A stretch of DNA of 64,000 bases from an uncultured Burkholderiales bacterium (GTDB lineage Bacteria > Pseudomonadota > Gammaproteobacteria > Burkholderiales > Burkholderiaceae_C): NCBI GenBank assembly GCA_937927685.1, contig CALBSC010000038.1:32175-96174 (forward strand), in the 5' to 3' direction. The notes beneath the pieces were generated by a model. It made no database searches. It was not told where the DNA came from and was given only the letters and a program-made list of their open reading frames with translations. Positions within the stretch are counted from its first letter, which is position 1, and each line of letters starts with the position of its first letter. The position numbers were made by a program, and so were the translations under genes. Below are positions 39,100 through 50,091 of this stretch, in pieces.

Positions 39100-39630
39100 T
39101 CAGCCAAACACCTCACGGGACCATTGATCCACGGGTTTGAAGGTGGGATCGGCCCGCACGATGGCCTCGGTCTCGCGCCAGATGTCCGCATCGGCATGGT
39201 CCAGGTCAAGCGGATCCCCATGGGGTTGCGCCACATACCAAGGGGTGTCCAGGTACACCTCGACCGTGTTGTCCTCCGGGTCCATGAAGTAAATGGAAAT
39301 GGCATTGCCGTGGTTGAGGCCGCGCATTTTGGTGGCGCCCTGGTCCAGGGCCCGACGACGCGCTTCGCGCAAATCATCCAGCGTGTCCACCTTGAAGGAC
39401 AACTGCATGACCGTGCTGGGCGTGCCAGCCGGGCGGCTTTGCGCCATGGCCAATTGGTGGTGCTGGCTGGGATTGGCGCTGAGAAATGCCAGCATGTAGG
39501 GGAACGTGTTGCCCGGCCCTTTGTCGGTGAGCACCAGGTTGAACACCGAGGTGTAGAAATCGATCATCTTGTCGATGTCGATGCAGGCGATGCCCATGTG
39601 GGCAAGCCGGGGCGAGAAATTTGCGGCCAT
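39100..39630 (-). CDS. VOC family protein (extradiol dioxygenase-like)
   Basis: LAHMGI, HHQL, HGNAISIYFMDPEDNTVEVY. Confidence 0.88.
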   Translation of the reverse strand: MAANFSPRLAHMGIACIDIDKMIDFYTSVFNLVLTDKGPGNTFPYMLAFLSANPSQHHQLAMAQSRPAGTPSTVMQLSFKVDTLDDLREARRRALDQGATKMRGLNHGNAISIYFMDPEDNTVEVYLDTPWYVAQPHGDPLDLDHADADIWRETEAIVRADPTFKPVDQWSREVFG

Positions 39631-39649
39631 GAAAGGTCCTCCCGTTGAA

Positions 39650-40636
39650 TTACAGTTTGATCACCAGTTTGCCCCGGCTGGCACCGGCGTCCAGGAGGGC
39701 GTGCGCCTCCTGGATTTGCGACAGGTTCAACACCTGAGCCGGTGGCGCCTTGACGCGCCCCTGGGCCATCTGATTGATGGCATCTTGCATCAGGGACCGA
39801 CGCACGACGGGATCCTCATCCAGGGTGTGCATCGAGAAGGTCCGCAAGCCGGGGCTGCGTGCCAGCAGTGCACGCATTTCCTTGAACACGTCCTGGGTCG
39901 GCATGCCGGTCATCACGTTGATGGACACCACCTGCCCCATCGGCGCCAGACTGCGCAAGCAGGCGATCAGCATGTCGCCCCCCAGTTGGTCAATGGCCAG
40001 ATCCACCCCCCTGCCGTGCGTGGCCTCCATCACCTGCGCAGGCAACGAGGTCGAGTCGCCCCTCACCAACGAATCCACCCCGTTTTGTCGTGCGAAGGCC
40101 TCTTTCGCCGGGGCCGTGGTGCCGATGACCTGTGCACCCTGCATGCGGGCGAACTGTGCCAGGGTCGACCCCACGCCCCCCGACACACCGGGAATGAGTA
40201 TGGCCTGAACCGGTCGTCCGGCCTGGCATGACCACAAGGCATTCACCAGTTGCAAATTGGGCAGGCTGACAGCGTCCACCGGATCGATGGTCTCGGGCAA
40301 CACAAACACCGCCGCCTCGGGCACACAGATGTACTCGGCATAACACCCGCCGCGAACGGGCAACTCACGCGCGCTCACCAGCACCCGCTGACCTGTGAGC
40401 GCGGGCGATGCGCCAGGGCCCACGGCATCGACCACGCCCACCATCTCACTGCCCGGGATGGCTGGCAACGGCGGCATCCATTTGTAAATCCCCTTTCGCA
40501 CCAGCACATCGGGGCGCCCCAACCCAATCGCTTCTGCTCGGATGCGAATTTCGCCGGCCCCTGGATGCGGGGTGGGAATCTCCACCTCGGTGAGTACTTC
40601 CGGCCCGCCGGGCTGGGCGATCTGGATGGCACGCAT
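39650..40636 (-). CDS. NADPH:quinone oxidoreductase (MDR family)
   Basis: GGPEVL, PGSEMVG, GCYAEY, GVSGGVG, GRGVD, GKLVI. Confidence 0.9.
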   Translation of the reverse strand: MRAIQIAQPGGPEVLTEVEIPTPHPGAGEIRIRAEAIGLGRPDVLVRKGIYKWMPPLPAIPGSEMVGVVDAVGPGASPALTGQRVLVSARELPVRGGCYAEYICVPEAAVFVLPETIDPVDAVSLPNLQLVNALWSCQAGRPVQAILIPGVSGGVGSTLAQFARMQGAQVIGTTAPAKEAFARQNGVDSLVRGDSTSLPAQVMEATHGRGVDLAIDQLGGDMLIACLRSLAPMGQVVSINVMTGMPTQDVFKEMRALLARSPGLRTFSMHTLDEDPVVRRSLMQDAINQMAQGRVKAPPAQVLNLSQIQEAHALLDAGASRGKLVIKL

Positions 40637-40637
40637 C

Positions 40638-41216
40638 TCAGCGCTGGCCGTCGTGGACCGAGACCTTGTCCTGGGTCAGGCCGCCCAGGCGCGAGTGGAT
40701 GCGTCCACCGGTGCCCATCACCAAGGCAAACAGGATTTCGTTGGGACGCGGCGCGTCCTGAATGCCGATTTCGACGCTGTTGTAATGACTGCGCACATAG
40801 CTGGCGTGGACATAATGCAAGGGCACCATGAGCCGATAACCGGTTGCCGCCACCGCCTTGTTCGCCGGCACCATGGCCTTGGGCTCACCCAGCACCGCGC
40901 GCATGGCCCATCCGCCAGCCTCGTGCCACACCGCCGCATGTTCCAGTTCGCCGTTGACCCCCACAATGGCGGCCTTGCTGTACACCTCGACGCGGTCCTT
41001 GCCCAGGGTATCGACCAGTTCTTGCGCGAGCAAGGTACCCAGTGAGCGCAACTCGGCCATGAACGGCAGCAGGTCCGGCTCGTAGCGTCCCGCGTAGGGG
41101 TTCTCGATGACCGCACAAGCCGATGCCAGTTTGAGGGGATGGTCAGCGACCGGCCCACCCTCATGAAAAATGCTTTCAATGGTGAGGCTGCGCTTGCGAA
41201 TCTTGATCAAACTCAT
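40638..41216 (-). CDS. DUF1185 (amino acid synthesis family) protein
   Basis: AVIENPYAGRY, YSKAAIVGVNGELEH, YVRSHY, DAPRPNEI, GGRIHSR. Confidence 0.85.
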   Translation of the reverse strand: MSLIKIRKRSLTIESIFHEGGPVADHPLKLASACAVIENPYAGRYEPDLLPFMAELRSLGTLLAQELVDTLGKDRVEVYSKAAIVGVNGELEHAAVWHEAGGWAMRAVLGEPKAMVPANKAVAATGYRLMVPLHYVHASYVRSHYNSVEIGIQDAPRPNEILFALVMGTGGRIHSRLGGLTQDKVSVHDGQR

Positions 41217-41227
41217 GGGGATCTTTC

Positions 41228-42199
41228 TTACTGCTTGGGAATCTTGGCGTCAGCGACCACCTGGGTCCATTTTTGCAACTCGGCGCTGACCATGGCTTTC
41301 ATCTCCTCCGGGGTGCTGCCCTTGGCTTCTCCGCCCATGTCTTCCAGGCGGGTTTTCACGGCGCTGACTTGCAGGGCCTTTTGAACCTCCTGGTGGAGAC
41401 GATCGATGACCGGGCGCGGCGTGCCCACGGGCGCCATCAGTCCGGCCCAGGAACGCACGTCATACCCGGCCACGCCTTGCTCGGCCACCGTGGGCAGATC
41501 GGGCAAGCCTGACCACCGCTGCGACCCGGTGGTGGCCAGCGCCCGCAGCTTGCCCGCCTTGATATTGGCCATCACCGCCGTCGGGGGCGCAATGATGAAG
41601 CTCACATCGTTGGCCAGCATGGCGGTGATGGAGGCCGCATCCCCGCGATACGGCACGTGCAGCATGCTGACCTTGGCCATCTTGGCAAGCAACTCACCGG
41701 CCAGGTGATGCGTCGACCCAATGCCTGCGGTCCCATAGGTCAGCGCCTGGGGATCCTTCTGCGCGGCTGCAATCAGGTCTGCACATGATTTGTATTTGGA
41801 TTCCGCCGAGGTCACCACCAAAAACGGAAAGAAGGTGATGGTGGAAACCATGTCGAAATCCGCCACGGTCTTGTAGGGCAGGTTGGCATACAGCGCGCCA
41901 GCCACCACGTGTCCCCCGGTCGCGAGCAACAGGGTGTAACCATCTGGCTTCGCTCTGGCCACGGCAGCGGAGGCAATCGTCCCGCCGGCTCCCGTCTGGG
42001 CCTCCACCACCATCGATTGACCCAGACCTTTGGCCATTTCGGTCCCCAGTGTGCGGGCAATGTTGTCGGCATTGCCACCCGGCGCAAAACCCTGCAGGAT
42101 TTTGATGGGTCGCTCCGGATAGGCTTGTGCCCAGGTGGTTCCGACGCCTGCCACCCACGGCAGGGCGCACGCGGCTCCCAGCAAGTGTCTGCGCTGCAT
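41228..42199 (-). CDS. Bug/TctC family substrate-binding protein
   Basis: QGFAPGGNAD, EAQTGAGG, KPDGYT, HVPYRG; RBS AAGGAGA. Confidence 0.92.
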   Translation of the reverse strand: MQRRHLLGAACALPWVAGVGTTWAQAYPERPIKILQGFAPGGNADNIARTLGTEMAKGLGQSMVVEAQTGAGGTIASAAVARAKPDGYTLLLATGGHVVAGALYANLPYKTVADFDMVSTITFFPFLVVTSAESKYKSCADLIAAAQKDPQALTYGTAGIGSTHHLAGELLAKMAKVSMLHVPYRGDAASITAMLANDVSFIIAPPTAVMANIKAGKLRALATTGSQRWSGLPDLPTVAEQGVAGYDVRSWAGLMAPVGTPRPVIDRLHQEVQKALQVSAVKTRLEDMGGEAKGSTPEEMKAMVSAELQKWTQVVADAKIPKQ

Positions 42200-42224
42200 G
42201 ATGTCTCCTTGTAAAAGTGACCGA

Positions 42225-42256
42225 TCGCGCGCCGGCCAGGTGGAACCGGCGTGCGA
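42225..42256. other. Intergenic hairpin between the FAH and Bug genes
   Basis: TCGCGCGCCGG-N10-CCGGCGTGCGA, 11-bp stem with one non-Watson-Crick pair. Confidence 0.4.
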
Positions 42257-42272
42257 CGGAGGGTGCGTTCTA

Positions 42273-43136
42273 TCAGGCCTGTTGCACGATGGGATTGCGC
42301 AACACACCAATGCCCTCGATTTCCACCTCGCACACATCGCCGGGCTTCATGAACAGGGGCGGCTTGCGGCTCCAGCCCACGCCAGCCGGTGTACCGGTGG
42401 CAATCACATCGCCCGGGCTCAAGGTGAAGATGGCGGAGGCATAGCTGATCAGCCTGGGGATGCTGAAAATCATGTGCCCCGTGTGGCTGGACTGCTCGAC
42501 CTTGCCATTCAGGCGGGTCTCCAGCTTGAGTTGTCGGTTGGGCGCAATTTCATCGGCCGTGACCATCCAGGGGCCAAAGCCACCGGTGGATTCAAAATTT
42601 TTACCCGACGCGATTTGCTTGGCATGGAACTGCCACTCGCGAACGCTGCCATCGTTGTAGATGGAGTAGCCGGCCACATGCTTGAACGCGTCCGCTTCGG
42701 CAATGTTGCGACCCCCTTCGCCAATGATGACCGCCAGTTCGCCCTCCCAATCCAGCGACTCGGACACATGCGGGCGCACGATCGGCTGGTTGTGTGCCGT
42801 TTGCGAACGCCACACACGCAGGAAGATGGGCGGCTCTTCGGACAACTCACGGTGCATGCCAGCAGCCAGCACCTCCTGGTGGTGGTCCATGTAATTGCGC
42901 ACCGCGCAGATGATTTTTTCCGGACGCGGGATCACCGGCAAATAGGTAATCGCGTCCAGCCGGGCATCCGCAGACAGACCCTGGACATCATGGGCCGCCT
43001 GCAAATAGGCACCACTGCCAATGTAGTCCGCCAGCGTGGGGTATTGCGGCATGCGTTTGCCCAGGTCCACCACTCCATCGCCCACCACGGCACCCCAGGT
43101 CTCACGACCCTCATTCATAAAAGACAACAGTTTCAT
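42273..43136 (-). CDS. Fumarylacetoacetate hydrolase (FAH) family protein
   Basis: LDWEGELAVIIG, YNDGSVREWQ, GKNF, GPWMVT, GDVIATGTPAGVG. Confidence 0.93.
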   Translation of the reverse strand: MKLLSFMNEGRETWGAVVGDGVVDLGKRMPQYPTLADYIGSGAYLQAAHDVQGLSADARLDAITYLPVIPRPEKIICAVRNYMDHHQEVLAAGMHRELSEEPPIFLRVWRSQTAHNQPIVRPHVSESLDWEGELAVIIGEGGRNIAEADAFKHVAGYSIYNDGSVREWQFHAKQIASGKNFESTGGFGPWMVTADEIAPNRQLKLETRLNGKVEQSSHTGHMIFSIPRLISYASAIFTLSPGDVIATGTPAGVGWSRKPPLFMKPGDVCEVEIEGIGVLRNPIVQQA

Positions 43137-43157
43137 GGTTAACTCCCTTGAGGTTGA

Positions 43158-43844
43158 TTAAAGGTTTAATGCCGTCAGCACGTTGTGCTGCGTACTTGAA
43201 ATGTGATCCTCCAGCAATTGGCAGGCGGTGGGGATGTCACGTTTGATCACCGTCTCCATCAGGCGCCGGTGTTCGGCAGCTTTGCGGCGGTTGGTCTTGC
43301 GGTGCCGGGCTGAAAACTGGCGGTAACGCTCCGCCTGATCGAACAGATTGGCACACCATTGCAGCAGGCGCGGCGACTGGCACGCCCCCAGCATGGCCAG
43401 GTGGAATGCCCGGTGGGTCGACACCCAGACCTCGTCGAGCACCACCGGTCCATCAGGCAAGGTGCGCTCCAGTTTGTCGAGTTTGTAATGGGCCGCCACC
43501 ACCGTCGCTTCCCACTCGGCATCACCAGCCTGCATGGCACTTTGCAGGGCCTGCACATCCAGCATGAGGCGCATGCGCGTGATGTCTTGCAAGTCGGCGC
43601 GGGAAATGTCGGCGACACGAAAGCCTTTGCGCTCGTCGGCGCGGACCAACCCCTCCTGGCTCAGTTTGCTGAGCGCTTCTCGCAAGGGGCTGCTGGAGAG
43701 TCCATAGCGCGTTTGCAAGGCTTCCAGCTTGAGCTTTTGCCCGGGCTCGAACACCCCGAAGGTGACATCCCGACGCAGACTGAGCAACGCCTGTTCGGTC
43801 AGGGGCACGGTGGCGTCCAGGCCGACGGATGTATTTGATTGCAT
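43158..43844 (-). CDS. GntR family transcriptional regulator (FCD domain)
   Basis: PGQKL, SSPLREALSKL...EGLV, HRAFH, EHRRL. Confidence 0.92.
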   Translation of the reverse strand: MQSNTSVGLDATVPLTEQALLSLRRDVTFGVFEPGQKLKLEALQTRYGLSSSPLREALSKLSQEGLVRADERKGFRVADISRADLQDITRMRLMLDVQALQSAMQAGDAEWEATVVAAHYKLDKLERTLPDGPVVLDEVWVSTHRAFHLAMLGACQSPRLLQWCANLFDQAERYRQFSARHRKTNRRKAAEHRRLMETVIKRDIPTACQLLEDHISSTQHNVLTALNL

Positions 43845-43971
43845 GAAAACAATTTTGTGCATTATTTCGAATTTACGCATAGGTATTTACCCGCCATGCC
43901 ATGCCCCGTACTCACTAAAATCCGGCCACCCACCATCCGGTGCGTGCTCCGGCAACCTCCGCTCACCCCCC

Positions 43972-44796
<825 letters not shown>

Positions 44797-44812
44797 CCCG
44801 GTCCGGTGTGGC

Positions 44813-45850
44813 TCAGCCCCAATTTTCATACAGCCCCAACTTGCGATGCAACGGGGATTCATCCGCCACAAAAACAAAGGTGGGACGGTCTGACTTGAGA
44901 TTGCGCAGCGTCACGGCTTCATAGCCCGGCGCACAGCAGGTGTCAGCCTCCACCAGGGTGAAGGTGCTGTTGACGATCTGCGCCTGCATCTGCCCTTCGA
45001 TCACGTGAAACACTTGCGCAGGCGAGCGCGCAGGCAGTCGCAAGGTTTGGCCGGGGCGCAACATGAGCGCATAAAACCCGAGGATATTTTCTGCATCGCC
45101 CCCGGTTTCCGGGTTGGTGTAGGTCACCTGGACGTGCTCCAGCAAGGGATCGTCTTCGGCCAGAGATTCCAGCGCAGCCTTGGCATCCGTCCAGGCATAG
45201 CGCAGCATCGGATACGCTTTCTTGCTGCGCTCGAAGACATAGGTCGGTACCACGCCAGCACGGGTGTATTGCCGGTCACCACGGCCAGGCATCACCGCCT
45301 GACGCGGGCCATTGATGTGGTAACTCGCCTCCATGTAATAGACCAGCGGCAAATCCAGCACATCCAGCCACACCACAGGTTCGGTCCCCTCGTGGCCGTG
45401 CTCATGCCACAAGCCAGTGGGCGTGAGGATCAGGTCACCCCGGCTCATCGGGCACTTCTCGCCATCCACCGTGGTGGTGGCGCCCTCACCTTCCACAATC
45501 ATGCGCACGGCGTTGGGCGTATGGCGATGGCTGGGCGCCCACTCACCGGGCAACAACAGTTGCATGCCCAGGTAAATGGCCGCGCTGGCCTGCATCTTGT
45601 CCAGACCATGGCCCGGGTTGGCCAACACCAGCACACGCCGCTCGGCTTTCTCGATGGGGGTGAGTTCGCCCGCCTTCAGCAACAAGGGGCGCAGGGTCTG
45701 GTAGGCCCAGTGGGTGGGCTGGGTCTGGCGGGTGGGCACCTTGGGCGGCAACACGCCCCGCAGGCTGGGCCACAACGGCACCAAGTTCAGGCTTTTGAGT
45801 TCGTCTCGGTAGTCTTGGGGCAGGTCTTCAAGTCGGCCAAGTTCATTCAT
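44813..45850 (-). CDS. Gentisate 1,2-dioxygenase-like bicupin
   Basis: ERRVLVLANPG, QLLLPGEWAPSHRHT, GDLILTP...WHEHGH, WLDVLDLP, YTNPETG. Confidence 0.88.
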   Translation of the reverse strand: MNELGRLEDLPQDYRDELKSLNLVPLWPSLRGVLPPKVPTRQTQPTHWAYQTLRPLLLKAGELTPIEKAERRVLVLANPGHGLDKMQASAAIYLGMQLLLPGEWAPSHRHTPNAVRMIVEGEGATTTVDGEKCPMSRGDLILTPTGLWHEHGHEGTEPVVWLDVLDLPLVYYMEASYHINGPRQAVMPGRGDRQYTRAGVVPTYVFERSKKAYPMLRYAWTDAKAALESLAEDDPLLEHVQVTYTNPETGGDAENILGFYALMLRPGQTLRLPARSPAQVFHVIEGQMQAQIVNSTFTLVEADTCCAPGYEAVTLRNLKSDRPTFVFVADESPLHRKLGLYENWG

Positions 45851-45965
45851 GTGGCGTCTCCGGGTTCTGTCAGTGCACGACTGTACGCCAAAGACGACCG
45901 GATCAGACCCGATCCCCCGACCATGCTCCAACCAGGACGTTCACATTCTGTTGAACAGACCCAGC

Positions 45966-47057
45966 TCAGGCCTCGACAAACACCCGGGCTTGCCGGGGTG
46001 TCACCACCAGCAGTTCGCCTTCCTTGAACTGCTGATCGGCGAATGATCGGGCTGCAATTTGCGCCTCGATCACGGTGTTGGGATCCAGACCGCTGTCTTC
46101 GGTGGGCTGGAGTTCCAGACGGGCAATGGGGCCCACCGAGATGGAGCGGGCCAGCCGAGCCACGATCCCCCCCTGCTGCCCCGGCACATAGCGTTGCACA
46201 TCCAGGTCATGGGGGCGCACATAGGCAAAGGCCTTGGCGTCCTGCACATGGGTGTGCTCGGGCGTTTGCAAACGAACCGCCTGATGGTCAGCACCGATCT
46301 GCATTTCTCCGTCGTGGGCGCGGCCATGAAAGAGATTCACATCGCCCAGGAATCCATAGACAAAGGGGCTGGCCGGGTGATCCCACACCGCCTGTGGCGA
46401 ACCCACTTGCTCCACCTGGCCCTTGTTCATCAGCACCACCCGATCGGCCACTTCCAGGGCTTCTTCCTGGTCATGGGTAACGAAAATACTGGTGACATGC
46501 AACTCATCATGCAAACGACGCAGCCAACGACGCAATTCCTTGCGCACCTTGGCATCCAGCGCCCCAAAGGGCTCATCCAGCAACAGCACCTTGGGCTCCA
46601 CCGCCAGTGCCCGCGCCAGGGCGATGCGCTGACGCTGTCCGCCTGACAGCTGCGAGGGGTAGCGGTCTGACAGCCAGTCCAGCTGCACCAGACCGAGCAG
46701 TTCATGAACCTTGCGGTGAATCTCTGGCTCGCTCGGTCGCTCGGAGCGGGGCTTCACGCGCAGGCCAAAAGCCACGTTTTCAAAGACGGTCATGTGCCTG
46801 AACAAGGCGTAGTGCTGGAACACGAATCCCACCTGACGTTCACGCACATGGACGTGGGTGGTGTCCTCGCCGCTGAACAGGATCTGGCCCGCGTCCGCCG
46901 ACTCCAGTCCCGCGATGATGCGCAACAAGGTGGTCTTGCCACAGCCCGAGGGCCCCAGCAAGGCCACGAGCTCGCCGGACTCGATGTTCAGGTTGATGTC
47001 GTTCAGGGCCGTGAAACTGCCGAACTGTTTGTGAATGTGTTGAATTGCGATGCTCAT
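45966..47057 (-). CDS. cysA: Sulfate/thiosulfate ABC transporter ATP-binding protein
   Basis: [47 protein letters not shown]. Confidence 0.96.
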   Translation of the reverse strand: MSIAIQHIHKQFGSFTALNDINLNIESGELVALLGPSGCGKTTLLRIIAGLESADAGQILFSGEDTTHVHVRERQVGFVFQHYALFRHMTVFENVAFGLRVKPRSERPSEPEIHRKVHELLGLVQLDWLSDRYPSQLSGGQRQRIALARALAVEPKVLLLDEPFGALDAKVRKELRRWLRRLHDELHVTSIFVTHDQEEALEVADRVVLMNKGQVEQVGSPQAVWDHPASPFVYGFLGDVNLFHGRAHDGEMQIGADHQAVRLQTPEHTHVQDAKAFAYVRPHDLDVQRYVPGQQGGIVARLARSISVGPIARLELQPTEDSGLDPNTVIEAQIAARSFADQQFKEGELLVVTPRQARVFVEA

Positions 47058-47971
47058 GTCAGCAGTCCATGCAAATAGGCGGGGTCGGTGGCTCGTTCAG
47101 CGGCAGGTTGGGGTTCTCTCGTCTCCATCCATTCAATGAGGGATTTGACCAACAGGGTCAGCAAGGCCAGGAGGGTCAACAGGGACGCCACGGCAAAGGC
47201 TGCGACCGACTGGTATTCGTTGTAAAGAATTTCCACATGCAAGGGCATGGTGTTGGTGTACCCCCGAATGTGTCCCGACACCACGGAGACCGCCCCAAAC
47301 TCACCCATGGCGCGTGCATTGCACAGGATGACCCCGTACATCAAGCCCCACTTGATGTTGGGCAACGTGACGTACCAGAAGGTCTGCCAGCCGGTTGCGC
47401 CCAGCACGATGGCGGCCTGCTCCTCTTCGGTGCCTTGCGCCTGCATCAAGGGAATCAACTCGCGCGCAATGAACGGAAAGGTCACGAACACCGTGGCCAG
47501 CACAATGCCCGGCACGGCAAAGATGACCTTGATGTCGTGTGCGGCGAGCCAGGGACCCAGCCAGCCTTGTGCGCCAAAGATCAACACATAAATCAGACCT
47601 GCCACCACAGGGGACACTGAAAAAGGCAAATCCACCAACGTGGTGAGAAGCGCCTTTCCCCTGAAGTCGAATTTGGCGATGGCCCAGGCCGCGGCAATGC
47701 CGAACACCAGATTCAGCGGAACGGCGATGGCGGCGGTGAGGAGGGTCAAGCGAATGGCCGCCCACGCATCGGGTTCGTTTAAGGCTTCCAGGTAGGCGTC
47801 AACCCCCTTGCGCAAACCTTCCGTGAACACGACCGCCAGCGGCAACACCAAGAACAGGAACATGAAGCCGAGCGCCAGGCTGAGCAACACCCAGCGCACC
47901 CAGGCCGGCTCGGTGGTGCCGGCATGCACCCGTCTGGGCGCCGACCGCTGGGAGGGAAGTGCGCCACTCAT
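47054..47971 (-). CDS. cysW: Sulfate ABC transporter permease CysW
   Basis: [42 protein letters not shown]. Confidence 0.96.
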   Translation of the reverse strand: MSGALPSQRSAPRRVHAGTTEPAWVRWVLLSLALGFMFLFLVLPLAVVFTEGLRKGVDAYLEALNEPDAWAAIRLTLLTAAIAVPLNLVFGIAAAWAIAKFDFRGKALLTTLVDLPFSVSPVVAGLIYVLIFGAQGWLGPWLAAHDIKVIFAVPGIVLATVFVTFPFIARELIPLMQAQGTEEEQAAIVLGATGWQTFWYVTLPNIKWGLMYGVILCNARAMGEFGAVSVVSGHIRGYTNTMPLHVEILYNEYQSVAAFAVASLLTLLALLTLLVKSLIEWMETREPQPAAERATDPAYLHGLLT

Positions 47972-48834
47972 ACGGGAGCTCCCGAGCGCTGACGCTGCCA
48001 GGCCTGTAGTGCATTGATGAACAGCAGCAAGACAAAGGAAATCCCCAGCATCACCACCGCCACTGCCGTGGCCCCCGCATAGTCGTATTGCTCCAGTTTC
48101 CCGATGATGATGAGCGGCGTGATCTCCGAGACCATGGGCATGTTCCCGGCAATGAAGATCACCGAGCCATACTCACCCACCGCACGGGCAAAGGCCATGG
48201 CAAAGCCCGTGAGCAAGGCCGGGAAAATGGCGGGGAGAATCACCCGGCTGAAAGTCTGCCAACGGGTTGCGCCCAGGCAAGTTGCCGCTTCTTCCAGTTC
48301 CTGCTCAGTGTCCTCGAGCACGGGCTGCACCGTTCGCACCACAAAGGGCAAGCCGATGAAAATGAGGGCGATCACCACACCGTTGGGGTTGAAGGCCAGC
48401 TGAATGCCCAGCGGCTCCAGGACCTGCCCCACCCAGCCGTTACCGGCCAGCAAGGCCGTGAGCGAGATGCCTGCCACCGCCGTGGGCAATGCAAACGGCA
48501 AATCCACCAGGGCATCCACCACTTTCTTGCCGACAAATTCATAGCGGACCAGCACCCAGGCCACCAGCAACCCGAAGACCACATTCACCAGCGCGGCCAG
48601 GAACGACGCACCAAAGGTGAGCCGGTAGGAGGCCATCACCCGCTCTCCCGTCACGGCGTCCCAGAACTGGGGCCAGGTCAAGGTGAACGTCTTGAACAAC
48701 AGGGCGGACAGGGGGATCAGCACAATCAGGCTGAGGTACAGCACGGTGATGCCGAGGGCCAAATTGAATCCTGGCAGGACGCGGTGCGGCCTGACACGAC
48801 CCGAAGTCGCCGTGGAAAGTGACGGGAAATGCAT
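47968..48834 (-). CDS. cysT: Sulfate ABC transporter permease CysT
   Basis: VLPGF, DLPFALPTAVAG, PFVVRTVQPV, GEYGSVIFIAGNMP. Confidence 0.96.
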   Translation of the reverse strand: MHFPSLSTATSGRVRPHRVLPGFNLALGITVLYLSLIVLIPLSALLFKTFTLTWPQFWDAVTGERVMASYRLTFGASFLAALVNVVFGLLVAWVLVRYEFVGKKVVDALVDLPFALPTAVAGISLTALLAGNGWVGQVLEPLGIQLAFNPNGVVIALIFIGLPFVVRTVQPVLEDTEQELEEAATCLGATRWQTFSRVILPAIFPALLTGFAMAFARAVGEYGSVIFIAGNMPMVSEITPLIIIGKLEQYDYAGATAVAVVMLGISFVLLLFINALQAWQRQRSGAPV

Positions 48835-48839
48835 GGGAG

Positions 48840-48873
48840 GGATTGTGCGGAGTCAGGCTTCAGAAGCAAACGA
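48840..48873 (-). promoter_or_regulatory. Putative internal promoter upstream of cysT
   Basis: TCGTTTG-N19-CACAATCC; the same architecture occurs upstream of sbp. Confidence 0.45.
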
Positions 48874-48935
48874 ATATTCCATTGTTTGCTTATGCGCAAA
48901 ATGTCTATGGAGCCCGCAGTCCACACCTGCAAGGG

Positions 48936-49940
48936 CTATTTTTTCAAGTAAATCTGATCGAAGCTACCGCCATCCGCAAAGTGCGCGGGCGTGGCTTTGC
49001 TCCATCCGCCAAAGGCCTGATCGATGGTGACCAGTTTCAGTGCCGGAAATTGCTTGGCATATTTCGCCTGCGCCTTGGCTGAGACCGGCCGGTAGAAATT
49101 CTTGCCGGCGATGTCCTGCCCTTCGTCACTGTAGAGGTATTCCAGATAAGCGGTGGCCAGGGCTCGCGTGCCTTTTTTGTCGACGTTCTTGTCAACCACC
49201 GTGACCGCTGGCTCGGCCAGAATGGACAAGGAGGGATAGACCACGTCAAACTTGGCGGAAAACTCTTTTTCCAGCAAGTAGGCCTCGTTTTCCCAGGCGA
49301 TCAGCACATCCCCCTGGGCCCGCTGTGCAAAGGTGATGGTGGAGCCACGCGCCCCGGTGTCCAGCACCGGCACGTTCTCGAAGAGTTTCTTCACAAACTC
49401 ACGGGCTTTGGCGTCCCCACCGTATTTTCTTTTGGCGAACTCCCAGGCCGCCAGGTAATTCCAGCGCGCACCTCCTGAGGTTTTGGGGTTCGGGGTGATG
49501 ACCTTCACGCCAGGCTTGATCAAATCATCCCAGTCGCGAATGCCTTTGGGATTGCCCTCTCGCACCACCAGCACGATGGTCGAGGTGTAGGGCGAACTGT
49601 TGTGGGTCAAACGCTTTTGCCAGTCTTTGGCAACCAGGTTGCCTTGCTCAAACAAGGCATCGGTGTCACCAGCCAGTGCCAGCGTCGCCACATCGGCATC
49701 CAGCCCGTCAATGATGGAGCGCGCTTGCTTGCCGGACCCGCCATGGGACTGCTTGATGCTGATGTCCTGCCCGGTCTTGACTTTCCAGTGCTTGGCGAAG
49801 GCCTGGTTGAACTCGGCGTACAACTCCCGCGTGGGGTCATAGGAAACATTGAGCAAGCTGGTTTGAGCCCCGGCCCCCAACGTGGTCGACACGATGGCCG
49901 CGATCAGCCAGCCCCGCACAAGTCGATCAAACTTCAACAT
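48936..49940 (-). CDS. sbp: Sulfate ABC transporter substrate-binding protein
   Basis: [50 protein letters not shown]. Confidence 0.96.
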   Translation of the reverse strand: MLKFDRLVRGWLIAAIVSTTLGAGAQTSLLNVSYDPTRELYAEFNQAFAKHWKVKTGQDISIKQSHGGSGKQARSIIDGLDADVATLALAGDTDALFEQGNLVAKDWQKRLTHNSSPYTSTIVLVVREGNPKGIRDWDDLIKPGVKVITPNPKTSGGARWNYLAAWEFAKRKYGGDAKAREFVKKLFENVPVLDTGARGSTITFAQRAQGDVLIAWENEAYLLEKEFSAKFDVVYPSLSILAEPAVTVVDKNVDKKGTRALATAYLEYLYSDEGQDIAGKNFYRPVSAKAQAKYAKQFPALKLVTIDQAFGGWSKATPAHFADGGSFDQIYLKK

Positions 49941-49980
49941 CCATCTCTCCTGAACGAACGCAAACAAGCGTTGAAGGAGC

Positions 49981-50014
49981 GGATTCTGTCGCCGAGTCTT
50001 TAAAACTCAAACGA
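49981..50014 (-). promoter_or_regulatory. Putative sbp promoter
   Basis: TCGTTTG-N19-CAGAATCC with an AT-rich upstream segment. Confidence 0.45.
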
Positions 50015-50091
50015 CTGTTTTGATATTTCCAAATAAGTTAAGCCCATATAGCCCTGCTGGGGGCACAGGGCTTGAAGCGACGGGGCCGGGC

